A stretch of DNA of 43,155 bases from an uncultured Acidobacteriota bacterium (GTDB taxonomy: Bacteria > Acidobacteriota > Terriglobia > JAJPHL01): contig CAZRND010000002.1 of the NCBI GenBank assembly GCA_964601345.1, forward strand, positions 1-43,155. Direction: 5' to 3'. The notes beneath the pieces were generated by a model. The model made no database searches. It was not told the origin of the DNA and saw nothing but the letters and a program-made list of their open reading frames with translations. This document shows positions 1 through 9,116 of the stretch, in pieces (within the stretch, counting starts at the first letter, position 1; the number at the start of each line of letters is the position of its first letter). The translations under genes and the position numbers were made by a program.

Positions 1-2037
1 TGGAACCTGGTGTTCATGCAATTCGATCGCGATGCGTCGGGAAAAATGTCTCCCCTGCCGAAGCCCTCGATCGATACGGGCATGGGTCTCGAGCGCATGG
101 CTACGGTCCTGCAAGGCAAGCTCTCGAATTTTGAGACCGATCTGTTGCGTCCGCTGATCGAGGATGCCGCCGGCCTCTGCGGCAAGACCTATGGCGAGAA
201 TGCCGCGAATGACGTGAGCTTGCGCATTCTCGCGGATCATGCGCGAGCCGCAAGCTTCCTGGTGAACGATGGCGTGCTGCCCGCAAACGAAGGACGCGGC
301 TACGTGCTGCGCAAGATCCTGCGGCGGGCGATCCGGCACGGGCGCATGCTGGGCCTCGAGCATCCGTTTCTCTACGAGCTGACCGGCAAGGCTGCCGAGT
401 TGATGCGCGTCGCGTACCCCGAGTTGATCGAAAGCGCGCCGCGCGTGGCCCGCGTGGTAAAAGACGAGGAGCAGCGCTTCGGCCACTCCCTGGCGCTTGC
501 TTTGCGGGAGTTCGAGAAGGTAGCGGAGGAATCCGCCGCCAGCCGCACCTTGCCGGGCGAAAAGGTTTTCCATCTCTACGACACCTTCGGACTCGGACTC
601 GACCTGATGCAGGAGATCGCGAGAGAGCGGGGCTTCGCAATCGACGAACCTGGCTTCGAGGCCGAGATGGAGAAGCAGCGCACACGGGCGCGCGCCAGTT
701 GGAAAGGCGCCGAGAAGGCCACCGCGATTCCGGCATTCCGTGAGTTGCTCGGCCAGCACCCTACGAAGTTTGAAGGTTACGATCACCTCACTTCCTCCGA
801 CTGCCGGGTCGTCGCAATTCTGAGAGGCGATCAACGCCTGACGGAATTGAAGGCTGGCGAACGCGCCGAAGTCGTGCTGGACCATACGCCGTTCTACGCT
901 GAGTCGGGCGGCCAGGTAGGTGATACGGGCGTCTTGCTGCACAATGGCGAGCGCGTCGGCCGAGTCGAGGATACTTATGCGCCGATCAAGGGCTTGACCG
1001 CGCACAAAGTCCTGGCGGAGGAGACGTTGCGCGTCGACGATCGCCTGACCGCGCAGGTGGATACGCCGGTCCGGCGGTCCACGATTCGCAATCACACCGC
1101 CACGCATCTGATGCACGCGGCTCTCAGGCGCGTGCTCGGTACGCATGTGAAGCAAGCGGGGTCGGTGGTCGATCCGTCCCGGCTGCGCTTCGACTTCACG
1201 CACTATACGGGTCTAGATGCGAGCGAGATTGCCGAGATCGAACGGCTGGTCAACGAGCAGATCCTGCTCAACACGCAAGTCCGCACCGAGGTCATGGACC
1301 TCGACGCCGCCCTAGAGACGGGCGCCATGGCGCTGTTTGGAGAAAAGTACGGGGAACGGGTGCGCGTGGTTCAGGTTCCGGACTTCTCGACTGAGCTGTG
1401 CGGCGGAACCCACGTCAGCCGCACCGGCGACATCGGCGTCTTCAAGGTGCTCGCGGAATCGAGCATCTCGGCGGGCGTCCGGCGCATTGAAGCGATTACC
1501 GGCGAAGCCGCGCTGCGTCAGTACCAGGAATCCGTGGCGCGCATCGAACGCGTGAAAGATCTCGTCAAGGCCGGCGAGCCCGACGTGGTCGAGGCCGTCG
1601 AGCGCATGGCCGCGCATCAGCGCGAGCTGGAGAAGCAGAATGAGCAGTTGCGAATGCGGCTAGCGCATGCGCGGATCGGCGAGCTGGTGGAAAAAGTGCG
1701 GCCGGTGAAGAACGTGCCCGTGCTGTCGGCTCGCGTCGATTCGCTCGATCGCGGGCAGATGCGCAACCTCGTGGACGCCCTACGGAACAAGATGGGCAGC
1801 GGCGTCATCGTCATCGGGGCGGACTCAGAAGGCGACAAGGTGGCATTGGTCGCGGCCGTCTCGAAAGACCTACATCCGCGCCTGCACGCCGGCAAGATCA
1901 TCAAAGCGGTCGCGGAGAAGATGGGAGGCACCGGCGGCGGGCGGCCCGACTTGGCCGAAGCCGGCGGCAAGGACCCGTCAAAACTCGACGCAGGGCTCGG
2001 TCAAGTGCCTGACATCGTCCAGGCAATGCTGGAATAA
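1..2037 (+). CDS. alaS: Alanine--tRNA ligase (5'-truncated by the window edge)
   Basis: Frame is open from base 1 (WNLVFMQF). Motifs DTGMGLER, GRGYVLR, TPFYAESGGQVGD, editing-site NHTATH and ELCGGTH, C-terminal GGGRPDLA. Confidence 0.98.
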   Translation, partial: WNLVFMQFDRDASGKMSPLPKPSIDTGMGLERMATVLQGKLSNFETDLLRPLIEDAAGLCGKTYGENAANDVSLRILADHARAASFLVNDGVLPANEGRGYVLRKILRRAIRHGRMLGLEHPFLYELTGKAAELMRVAYPELIESAPRVARVVKDEEQRFGHSLALALREFEKVAEESAASRTLPGEKVFHLYDTFGLGLDLMQEIARERGFAIDEPGFEAEMEKQRTRARASWKGAEKATAIPAFRELLGQHPTKFEGYDHLTSSDCRVVAILRGDQRLTELKAGERAEVVLDHTPFYAESGGQVGDTGVLLHNGERVGRVEDTYAPIKGLTAHKVLAEETLRVDDRLTAQVDTPVRRSTIRNHTATHLMHAALRRVLGTHVKQAGSVVDPSRLRFDFTHYTGLDASEIAEIERLVNEQILLNTQVRTEVMDLDAALETGAMALFGEKYGERVRVVQVPDFSTELCGGTHVSRTGDIGVFKVLAESSISAGVRRIEAITGEAALRQYQESVARIERVKDLVKAGEPDVVEAVERMAAHQRELEKQNEQLRMRLAHARIGELVEKVRPVKNVPVLSARVDSLDRGQMRNLVDALRNKMGSGVIVIGADSEGDKVALVAAVSKDLHPRLHAGKIIKAVAEKMGGTGGGRPDLAEAGGKDPSKLDAGLGQVPDIVQAMLE

Positions 2038-2095
2038 GCATTGCTTGCTCCGGCACCAGGAACAAAAAGGAAGTGCCTTGTTTTCATCACCGACA

Positions 2096-2104
2096 TGTTA
2101 TAAT
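2096..2104 (+). promoter_or_regulatory. Extended -10 promoter element (TGnTATAAT) for the transglycosylase/amidase/TerC genes
   Basis: TGTTATAAT is a perfect extended -10 match, 9 nt before the in-frame TTG at 2114. Confidence 0.6.
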
Positions 2105-2113
2105 CGCACTACT

Positions 2114-2818
2114 TTGAAGCAACTGACGCTTCTTGTCGGGCTCGTGTGTTTCTGTGCCCCGATCCTCTCCGGGCAGTTGGCGTGGTATGTCGATGAGAAC
2201 GGTCGAAAAGTCTACGTAAACGCCCCTCCGAAACCTGACACGGTCACGGACGCCACTAAACAGAAGCCTTCGAAGCGCTACAGCGTGCTGGTAAAGAACG
2301 GCAAGACCATTCCTGCACCCGCGGCTGATCCGGCGCCGATAACTCCGCAGGCGGCGCCCGTTCCCATCGATTCCCTCATCAAACAGACCGCCGACCGGCA
2401 CGCCGTCGATCCCGACCTGGTGCGAGCCATGGTCCAGGTGGAATCGAATTTCAATCCGCACGCGGTCTCGAACAAGGGCGCTCGAGGGCTGATGCAGTTG
2501 ATCCCCTCCACGGCAAAGGAACTAGGCGTCGGAAACAGCTTCAACCCCCAGGAGAACCTGGACGGCGGTGTGCGCTATCTCAAGCAGATGATGGGCATTT
2601 TTGGAGGAGATCTCAACCGTTCGCTCGCGGCGTATAACGCCGGCGCGGGGGCCGTGACACGACACGGCGGAGTTCCTCCTTATCGGGAGACGCAGAACTA
2701 CGTGAAGAAGATCAGCGACCTGTACGGTCCGCTAGCGAAGGGCACGCTCGGCAATCGTTTGGGCATCGTCAAGTATGTGGATGAGAATGGGAGAATGCAC
2801 TTCACGAATGTCCCCTAG
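2114..2818 (+). CDS. Lytic transglycosylase (SLT domain), exported
   Basis: SLT motifs VESNFNP, GARGLMQL and ALA/LAAYNAG-type. Signal-peptide-like N-terminus if started at TTG 2114; the ORF-track start at 2045 lies upstream of the -10 box. Confidence 0.9.
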   Translation: MKQLTLLVGLVCFCAPILSGQLAWYVDENGRKVYVNAPPKPDTVTDATKQKPSKRYSVLVKNGKTIPAPAADPAPITPQAAPVPIDSLIKQTADRHAVDPDLVRAMVQVESNFNPHAVSNKGARGLMQLIPSTAKELGVGNSFNPQENLDGGVRYLKQMMGIFGGDLNRSLAAYNAGAGAVTRHGGVPPYRETQNYVKKISDLYGPLAKGTLGNRLGIVKYVDENGRMHFTNVP

Positions 2819-4712
2819 GACACATAGCCGCGCGCTCGCAAGCGCATTAGCGGCAGTGTCCGCCATTCTCCTGCTCTGCCCCGCCGCGATTCACGGCAAA
2901 CCTACCGCTGTTCAGAAAAAGCAACAAGCCCGAGAAACTTTCGACCGCGCCGAGGCGGCGCGGACAGCCCTCGATGCGAAGCCTGCGGAAGATCGCAAAT
3001 TGTCCGAATACCTGGCAGCGCTACGAGCTTACCAGTCGGTAGTCCGGCTCGCGCCCACGATCAAACAGGCGCCGGAAAGCCTGTTCCATGCCGCGCAGTT
3101 GAATCAGGAGATCGCCCAACAGTTCCCGAGCGACAAGAAAGCCGCCGAGTATCGCGCCGAGGCTCGCAGGCTGTACCAGTTTCTGAACAAGGAATATCCG
3201 ACCAACCGCTTCCTCGTGCAGGCCAAGAAGGCGATGGATGATCTGGACAAGAACATCCCGCCGGAGAAACCCGCAGTGGCGAAAGTCGTCGAGAACGTGC
3301 CCGTCGAGAAAACTTCGGACGAGACGCCGGCGACCTCCTCCGTCAGCGGGGGATCCGCCGCCAGCCGCGGGAAGCTGGTGCAGGTTTCGAATTTGCGTCA
3401 GTGGTCCACGGCCAACTACACGCGCGTCGTCATCGACCTGGAAGACGAAGTGAAATTCGAAGCGGGACGCATTTCCAATCCTGACCGGATCTACTTCGAC
3501 TTGCACAACACGCACCTTGCGTCCTCGATGAACAAGAGCCTCGACGTAGAGGATGGATTGCTCAAGAAAGTCCGCCTGGGTCTGAATCGGTTGGGAACCA
3601 CGCGCGTGGTTCTGGAGATCGGCCAGATCGGCACGTATTCGGCGTTTCTGCTGCCGAACCCCTATCGCCTGGTGATCGATATTCAGGGCGCAGGCAAACC
3701 CGCGCCGCCGAAGACGGAAGTCGAAGCCAAGCTGCAACCGCCGCCGGCTCCAAGGACAGAGCCCGAGGCTCCGAAGGCTGTCAAGGAACGTCCTCCGCTC
3801 TTCGCCGTTCGCCCGCGTGAGACGCCGAAAGAAACTTCCAGCGCGCCACCTCAGGAAGAATCGAAGAGTCCGGCCCCGGAAGAAGTACCGATTACGAAAG
3901 GACCCACTTCGAAGCCGGTCTTCGATTCGGTGACGCCCGCGGCGACATCCAGTACGCCGGTTACTCCGCCGCGACCGGCGCGGGACGGGCACCGCTCGCT
4001 GACCCGCGCCTTGGGACTCAAGATCGCCCGCATTGTGATTGATCCCGGCCACGGCGGACACGACACAGGAACGATCGGGCCCTCCGGATTCGCCGAGAAG
4101 GAGTTGGTGCTGGATGTGGCCAAGCGCTTGGGCGCGCTCGTCGAAGAGCGGCTGGGCAGCGAGGTCGTCTACACCCGCGACGACGATACCTTCATTCCGC
4201 TCGAGAATAGGACCGCCGTCGCAAACCAGAAGCAGGCTGACCTGTTTGTTTCCGTCCACGCCAATGCCAGCCGCGATTCCCGGGCGCGCGGCGTGGAAAC
4301 CTACTACCTGAGCTTCACCACCGCGCCGGACGCTCTGGAAGTGGCCGCTCGTGAAAACGCCGTCTCGGAAAAGTCCATCCACGAGCTTCAGGACCTGGTG
4401 AAGAAGATTACCCTGCACGAGAAAGTCGACGAATCCCGTGAATTTGCCGCGGAAGTGCAAAAGCAGCTCTACACCGGCATTTCCAAGGGCAACGCCGGAG
4501 TGCGTAATCGCGGCGTCCGCAAGGCTCCCTTCATCGTGTTGATCGGCGCCAACATGCCCTCGATCCTCGCGGAGATCAGTTTCGTCAGCAATCCGCAGGA
4601 CGAGCGCCTCTTGAAGAAAGCCGAGTATCGCCAAAAGGTGGCGGAATCCCTCTTCCGCGGCATACAGCGCTATGTCAACTCCCTGGGCGGAGTGAAAGTA
4701 GCCAAGAACTAA
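2808..4712 (+). CDS. N-acetylmuramoyl-L-alanine amidase (TPR-like N-terminus, AMIN domain, Pro-rich linker, Amidase_3)
   Basis: IDPGHGG..G, EKELVL, SVHANA and ILAEISF zinc-amidase motifs; AMIN-type RVVIDL/PDRIYFDL/PYRLVIDI; signal peptide after ATG 2808. Confidence 0.92.
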   Translation: MSPRTHSRALASALAAVSAILLLCPAAIHGKPTAVQKKQQARETFDRAEAARTALDAKPAEDRKLSEYLAALRAYQSVVRLAPTIKQAPESLFHAAQLNQEIAQQFPSDKKAAEYRAEARRLYQFLNKEYPTNRFLVQAKKAMDDLDKNIPPEKPAVAKVVENVPVEKTSDETPATSSVSGGSAASRGKLVQVSNLRQWSTANYTRVVIDLEDEVKFEAGRISNPDRIYFDLHNTHLASSMNKSLDVEDGLLKKVRLGLNRLGTTRVVLEIGQIGTYSAFLLPNPYRLVIDIQGAGKPAPPKTEVEAKLQPPPAPRTEPEAPKAVKERPPLFAVRPRETPKETSSAPPQEESKSPAPEEVPITKGPTSKPVFDSVTPAATSSTPVTPPRPARDGHRSLTRALGLKIARIVIDPGHGGHDTGTIGPSGFAEKELVLDVAKRLGALVEERLGSEVVYTRDDDTFIPLENRTAVANQKQADLFVSVHANASRDSRARGVETYYLSFTTAPDALEVAARENAVSEKSIHELQDLVKKITLHEKVDESREFAAEVQKQLYTGISKGNAGVRNRGVRKAPFIVLIGANMPSILAEISFVSNPQDERLLKKAEYRQKVAESLFRGIQRYVNSLGGVKVAKN

Positions 4713-4719
4713 TCCCCTC

Positions 4720-5634
4720 TTGATTCTCCCCTGGCTGGTTTTCATGGTGGTTGTGCTGGGGGCCCTGATCCTCGATCTGTCATCGGCAAAACGGCACGTA
4801 CATCCCATGGGTTCCGGCCAGGCGCTCGGCTGGACGCTGTTCTGGTTCCTGGTGGCCGCGGTCTTCAACGTCGCCGTCTATTTCTGGTTTGGAGCGCCGC
4901 GCGCGGTCGAATTCGCCACTGCTTATGTTGTCGAGGAAGCGTTGAGCGTCGACAACATGTTCGTCTTCTACGTGATCTTCTCGTACTTCGCGGTGCAGAA
5001 ACATCACCAGCACCGCGTGCTGTTCTGGGGAATCATGGGCGCGATGATCCTCCGCGGCGTTTTCATTGCCGGCGGAGTCGCGCTGCTGCAGCAGTTTCAC
5101 TGGCTGATCTACGCCTTTGGGGCCTTCCTGGTCTATACCGGAATAAACCTCTTCTTCCATGAGGAAACGGAGATCCATCCCGAAACAAATCCCATCCTGA
5201 AAATCTTTCGCAGGCTGGCGCCAGTTTCCTCCGATTACCATGGATCGCACTTCACAGTCGTCAAAGACGGGCGAAGATGGGCGACGCCATTGCTTGTGGT
5301 CCTGGTGTTCGTCGAGTCGACCGACGTGATGTTCGCGCTCGATTCGATTCCGGCGGTGCTGGCGATTACGCGCGATTCCTATATTGCGTTCACGTCGAAC
5401 ATCTTCGCCATTCTCGGATTGCGCGCACTCTACTTCCTGCTGGCGGGAATGATCGGACGGTTGCGGTTCCTGCACTATGGCCTCGCGCTCGTGCTGGTCT
5501 TCATCGGCGTGAAGATGCTCATCGAGAAGTGGTACACCATACCGAACTACGTTGCCCTGCCGGCCGTCGCCGTGGTGATCGGCGCGGCGATCCTCATTTC
5601 GTTGAAATTCCCGGGCCAGGAATCAGGAGTGTAG
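4720..5634 (+). CDS. TerC/Alx family membrane protein
   Basis: EEALSVDNMFVF, QHRVLFWGIMGA, DVMFALDSIPA and SNIFAILGLRALYF signatures. Confidence 0.92.
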   Translation: MILPWLVFMVVVLGALILDLSSAKRHVHPMGSGQALGWTLFWFLVAAVFNVAVYFWFGAPRAVEFATAYVVEEALSVDNMFVFYVIFSYFAVQKHHQHRVLFWGIMGAMILRGVFIAGGVALLQQFHWLIYAFGAFLVYTGINLFFHEETEIHPETNPILKIFRRLAPVSSDYHGSHFTVVKDGRRWATPLLVVLVFVESTDVMFALDSIPAVLAITRDSYIAFTSNIFAILGLRALYFLLAGMIGRLRFLHYGLALVLVFIGVKMLIEKWYTIPNYVALPAVAVVIGAAILISLKFPGQESGV

Positions 5635-7176
5635 TTCGAAAACCTGCCGCGGCTTTCCGAAGCCGGAATCCGGAGCGTATTCCAGGAAGGCCTCAATCTG
5701 CATGCAAGCGTCTCGATAACCGCGCAGAATGGACTTGCCGGTGGTGACGCCGCCGAAATCGAGAATCGTCCCCTCGAGGGGTACCGACGGGTTGATCGTA
5801 AAGAACTTCACGTAGCGGTACTTCCTGGTACCCAAATCGACTTCCACTTCTTCGGGCCGCAATCCCTTCTGCGCCGCGCAGCGCTCGCAAATAGCGTTCA
5901 CGCTTTGCAGGATGCGACGGTCCGTCAGAAAATTCTGCACCATCAGGATATTCAGCGCCCGCAGCCCCATGTCGAGAAACGTGCGGACTTTGCCGCGCGG
6001 ACCCGACAGCGGATCCATCATCACCAGAAAGAGCACATCCGCGCCCAGCCGGATCGCCGGACGAATCGGCTGATTGGAGACGAGCCCTCCGTCCGTGTAC
6101 AGGTGCTCGCGAAACGCGATCGGCTCAAACGCCAGCGGCAGCGCCGAGGACGCGACCAGCGCCAGGATCAGATCGGCGACGTTGGCGACTTCTTTTTGAA
6201 CGAACAGGCGGTCGGCGCCCGGATCGTTCGCCAGGTCGCCTGGAGCGGCGTTCGAGAAATAGGACACCGGGCCGGTCTCGATATCCGTCGCCGGAAAGAG
6301 GATGCGAATCGGCGACATTCGCAAGCGCTCCGGCGAGATTGTGCGCCGCAGGAGCCGCGTTCTCTCGAAATTGGCAAACAGCCCGCGCCGAAACGGAAGG
6401 CGCAAGAGTTGGTGCATCAGCCAGCTCACCCGAGAGTTCCCCTGGTGTCGAAAAGCGACAAGCAGCGCAATCACTACGGCCACTGCGAAGACCGCAGGCG
6501 TGTAACTGGAGAACAGGTGAACCGCCCAATAGCGCGCATGCAGCGTCTTCAGCAAAAGGAAGAGGCATCCCCAAACGATGACGTTCGCGGCAAGCGTCCA
6601 GACGGTCTTCCAGGGATCGGGTTTCCACGAGCGTCCGCGGAAAAAATTTCGCAGGATATAGCCCAGATAGGGCAACTGGTCGTAGAGAAAGAGGACGGCC
6701 GCGCCCAGCAGCCCGAGGAGAGCCCAGGTCATGCGTGGGCTCGGCAGCTCGATCGAGTATCCGTTCGACGCGAGAATCGTGGTCGCCAGATTGCCGGCTC
6801 CCGCGGAGGCGGCGAGCAGTCCGCCGATCATCCACAAGTAGCGGTCCCATTCGATGCCCACGGCCGCCGGCGTGAGATTGAACCAGTCCTTGACGAGCGT
6901 TTCGGCGTCGCCGACGAGAGTCTTGGATTGCGCGGCGTAGCTGGCGGCGTTAATCGCGCCGATCGATGTGCCGGTAAGAAGGTGCGTGGGTACGGCGGCA
7001 TCCTGAAAAGCCAGCAACGCGCCCGCCTCATACGACCCGCGGCCGCCGCCGCCGGGGAGCACAACGCCGATCCTGCCGGCAAAATTCTTCCAAACCTGGG
7101 ACGCGCCCGCCCGCGCCATCCGATCGCGGAACTCGACGCGATCTCTTTGCAGTTCTGCCTGTATTTCCTTGACCAT
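5623..7176 (-). CDS. Patatin-like phospholipase with an internal multi-TM insertion
   Basis: GGGGRG oxyanion motif, GTSIG nucleophile elbow and DGG catalytic Asp; several hydrophobic helices lie between the Ser and Asp motifs. Confidence 0.85.
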   Translation of the reverse strand: MVKEIQAELQRDRVEFRDRMARAGASQVWKNFAGRIGVVLPGGGGRGSYEAGALLAFQDAAVPTHLLTGTSIGAINAASYAAQSKTLVGDAETLVKDWFNLTPAAVGIEWDRYLWMIGGLLAASAGAGNLATTILASNGYSIELPSPRMTWALLGLLGAAVLFLYDQLPYLGYILRNFFRGRSWKPDPWKTVWTLAANVIVWGCLFLLLKTLHARYWAVHLFSSYTPAVFAVAVVIALLVAFRHQGNSRVSWLMHQLLRLPFRRGLFANFERTRLLRRTISPERLRMSPIRILFPATDIETGPVSYFSNAAPGDLANDPGADRLFVQKEVANVADLILALVASSALPLAFEPIAFREHLYTDGGLVSNQPIRPAIRLGADVLFLVMMDPLSGPRGKVRTFLDMGLRALNILMVQNFLTDRRILQSVNAICERCAAQKGLRPEEVEVDLGTRKYRYVKFFTINPSVPLEGTILDFGGVTTGKSILRGYRDACMQIEAFLEYAPDSGFGKPRQVFELHS

Positions 7177-7206
7177 GTCAAGTCCGCACGTTCACTATAC
7201 ACTCTA

Positions 7207-7539
7207 ATGGATCGCCAGAAGGATATCGAAGCGGCACTCGCCGTCCTATGGGAAAAGCACAAGGAATCGATGTACCTGCGCCTGGCGCCGATGGAGAAAG
7301 CAAGCGCGGCATTATCCCATGGATCGCTCTCCGACGAGCTTCGCGATGAGGCCAAGGGTGAGGCTCACAAGCTGGCGGGATCGCTCGGTACGTTTGGACT
7401 GCATCATGGCTCGCGGCTGGCGAAAGAAGCGGAAGAGTTGCTCGCCGCCGGAGCCGGTCAGGCGGGAGATGCGCAACGCCTCTCGTCGATAGCCGCCGAG
7501 CTCCGTTCCGAAATGGACCAGAAGACAACAAGCCGCTGA
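7207..7539 (+). CDS. Stand-alone Hpt (histidine phosphotransfer) protein, 110 aa
   Basis: AHKLAGSLGTFG phospho-His motif in an all-helical protein. This is the C-terminal part of ORF 5905..7539; real start ATG 7207. Confidence 0.85.
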   Translation: MDRQKDIEAALAVLWEKHKESMYLRLAPMEKASAALSHGSLSDELRDEAKGEAHKLAGSLGTFGLHHGSRLAKEAEELLAAGAGQAGDAQRLSSIAAELRSEMDQKTTSR

Positions 7540-7604
7540 CCACGCGGCCATCTATTGATATATTAGGGGCTGCGTCGTAAGGGTATCCTCCCCTCAACAA
7601 CGAC

Positions 7605-9107
7605 ATGCCGTTTTTAATTGAGAACGTTCTCAGGACGGTTGTCCTGCTTATCACCCTCGGTAGCGTGGGGCTGGCGATTTTTGTCATTGCCGCCGTCCAG
7701 CGACGGGTGAGGAGAGAACAATTCTTCCGAGGGCTGGATGGAGCGAGGATTCGGGCCAAACACCGCTTCGAACTTCTCCACACCGACGAAGGCGTTCTGC
7801 AGGAGCGAATCAAAGACTTGAAGAAATTCCGCGAGGATGCCGAGCTGCAGGCGCTGGAGGAAGTGTTTCTCGACCGAGCCCGGCCGGGCGCCAATCTGGC
7901 CGTGATTCGCAAAGTTTCCGAGGAGATGGGTTGGCTGCAGGAGTGGATTCGCGTGCTGCGTTACCCGCGCTGGCACAAAGCAGGCCGCGTTGCGGAGATG
8001 CTGCGAGACATGGGCGATACCTACCACCAGCCGGGCCGGTGGCAACGCCTACAAATGGCCTGGAAGTGTACTTTTCTCGATCGGTGCATGGCCGCCAAGC
8101 GGCTGAGTCAGGTGCCCACGCCGGAGGGCGTGATCGCGCTGCTGGCGGGAACCAATGATCCGCACCATGAAGTGCGTGAAGTCTGCGTTTCGAAACTCGG
8201 CCAGCTCGGCGATCCGGCCACTCTGCCGGTTCTCATCGAAGAGTTGATTCAAGTGCTCGAGGGGAAGAGCCCGCTCTCCGTACGCATCTTGAAAGCGGCG
8301 CTGGTCCGGTTCGATCTGGACGACATGGACGCTTTCCGGCCGGCCCTGGTGCATCCCAACCGCCGCGTCCGGTTTTTTGCCACGGATATCATTCGCGAAG
8401 TGGCCCAGGTGAAAGCCAAGCGGGAGCAGCTCAGCAAGAACGATTTTTCTCCCGAAGTCTATCGTCTCTTCATCGGGCCGTTGTGGCAGGACGAATGGGC
8501 CGACGTGCGCGCGCGCGCCGCGCCGGTCATTGTTCACTTCAACGATTCTACGAGCACCGACATCATCACTCGCCTGCTGGACGATCCGACCTGGTTTGTG
8601 CGGCTGCACACTTGCCGGGCCGTCAACAACCGTCTGTATCTCGGGTTGGTTCCCGCCATCGCCAAACGGTTGAGCGATCAGAACTGGTTTGTCCGCGAGG
8701 CCGCGGTGCGGAGCCTGGGGCTGATGGGCGACGTCGGCGTCAACGAAACGTTCAACACCTTCCTGACCACTCGCGACGCGTTCGCCGTGGAGCAAATCGC
8801 CGAGGCTCTGCAGCGGGAAGGCACGCTGGTCGACATGCTCTCCGGCCTGACGATGATCAGCAGCGACCTCGATTATCAACGGGCCCGGTCCGTCATCCGC
8901 CGGATGGCGCAGATCGGCAAGACCACGCTGATGCAGTCCTATCTCGTGGCGCCCGTACCCAAGAAGCTCAAGCTGATGCTGATCGAGGAATTGAACGATT
9001 TCGTCTCTGCCGGCTACCTGCAGGCCTTGCAGTCCTGCCTGGAGGTCGAAGAAGACATGGACGTGCGGGAGGCCGCCGCCCTCGCCTTGCGGCTCGCCGG
9101 CGTATAG
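7605..9107 (+). CDS. Membrane-anchored HEAT-repeat protein
   Basis: One N-terminal TM helix, then HEAT/PBS-like repeats (DPHHEVR, HPNRRVR, DEWADVRARAA, DPTWFVR, DQNWFVREAAVRSLG). Confidence 0.82.
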   Translation: MPFLIENVLRTVVLLITLGSVGLAIFVIAAVQRRVRREQFFRGLDGARIRAKHRFELLHTDEGVLQERIKDLKKFREDAELQALEEVFLDRARPGANLAVIRKVSEEMGWLQEWIRVLRYPRWHKAGRVAEMLRDMGDTYHQPGRWQRLQMAWKCTFLDRCMAAKRLSQVPTPEGVIALLAGTNDPHHEVREVCVSKLGQLGDPATLPVLIEELIQVLEGKSPLSVRILKAALVRFDLDDMDAFRPALVHPNRRVRFFATDIIREVAQVKAKREQLSKNDFSPEVYRLFIGPLWQDEWADVRARAAPVIVHFNDSTSTDIITRLLDDPTWFVRLHTCRAVNNRLYLGLVPAIAKRLSDQNWFVREAAVRSLGLMGDVGVNETFNTFLTTRDAFAVEQIAEALQREGTLVDMLSGLTMISSDLDYQRARSVIRRMAQIGKTTLMQSYLVAPVPKKLKLMLIEELNDFVSAGYLQALQSCLEVEEDMDVREAAALALRLAGV

Positions 9108-9116
9108 AATTCGGGA

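Noticed and set aside
4700-4725. yybP-ykoY riboswitch, often found upstream of TerC/Alx
   Set aside because: Only 7 nt separate the amidase stop from the TerC start.
3021-4868. Long antisense ORFs (also 9147..10832, 16252..17823, 27927..29744, 30760..32283, 38796..40280, 41396..42751, 42693..43154)
   Set aside because: They shadow well-supported genes on the opposite strand, lack motifs, and are expected in high-GC coding DNA.
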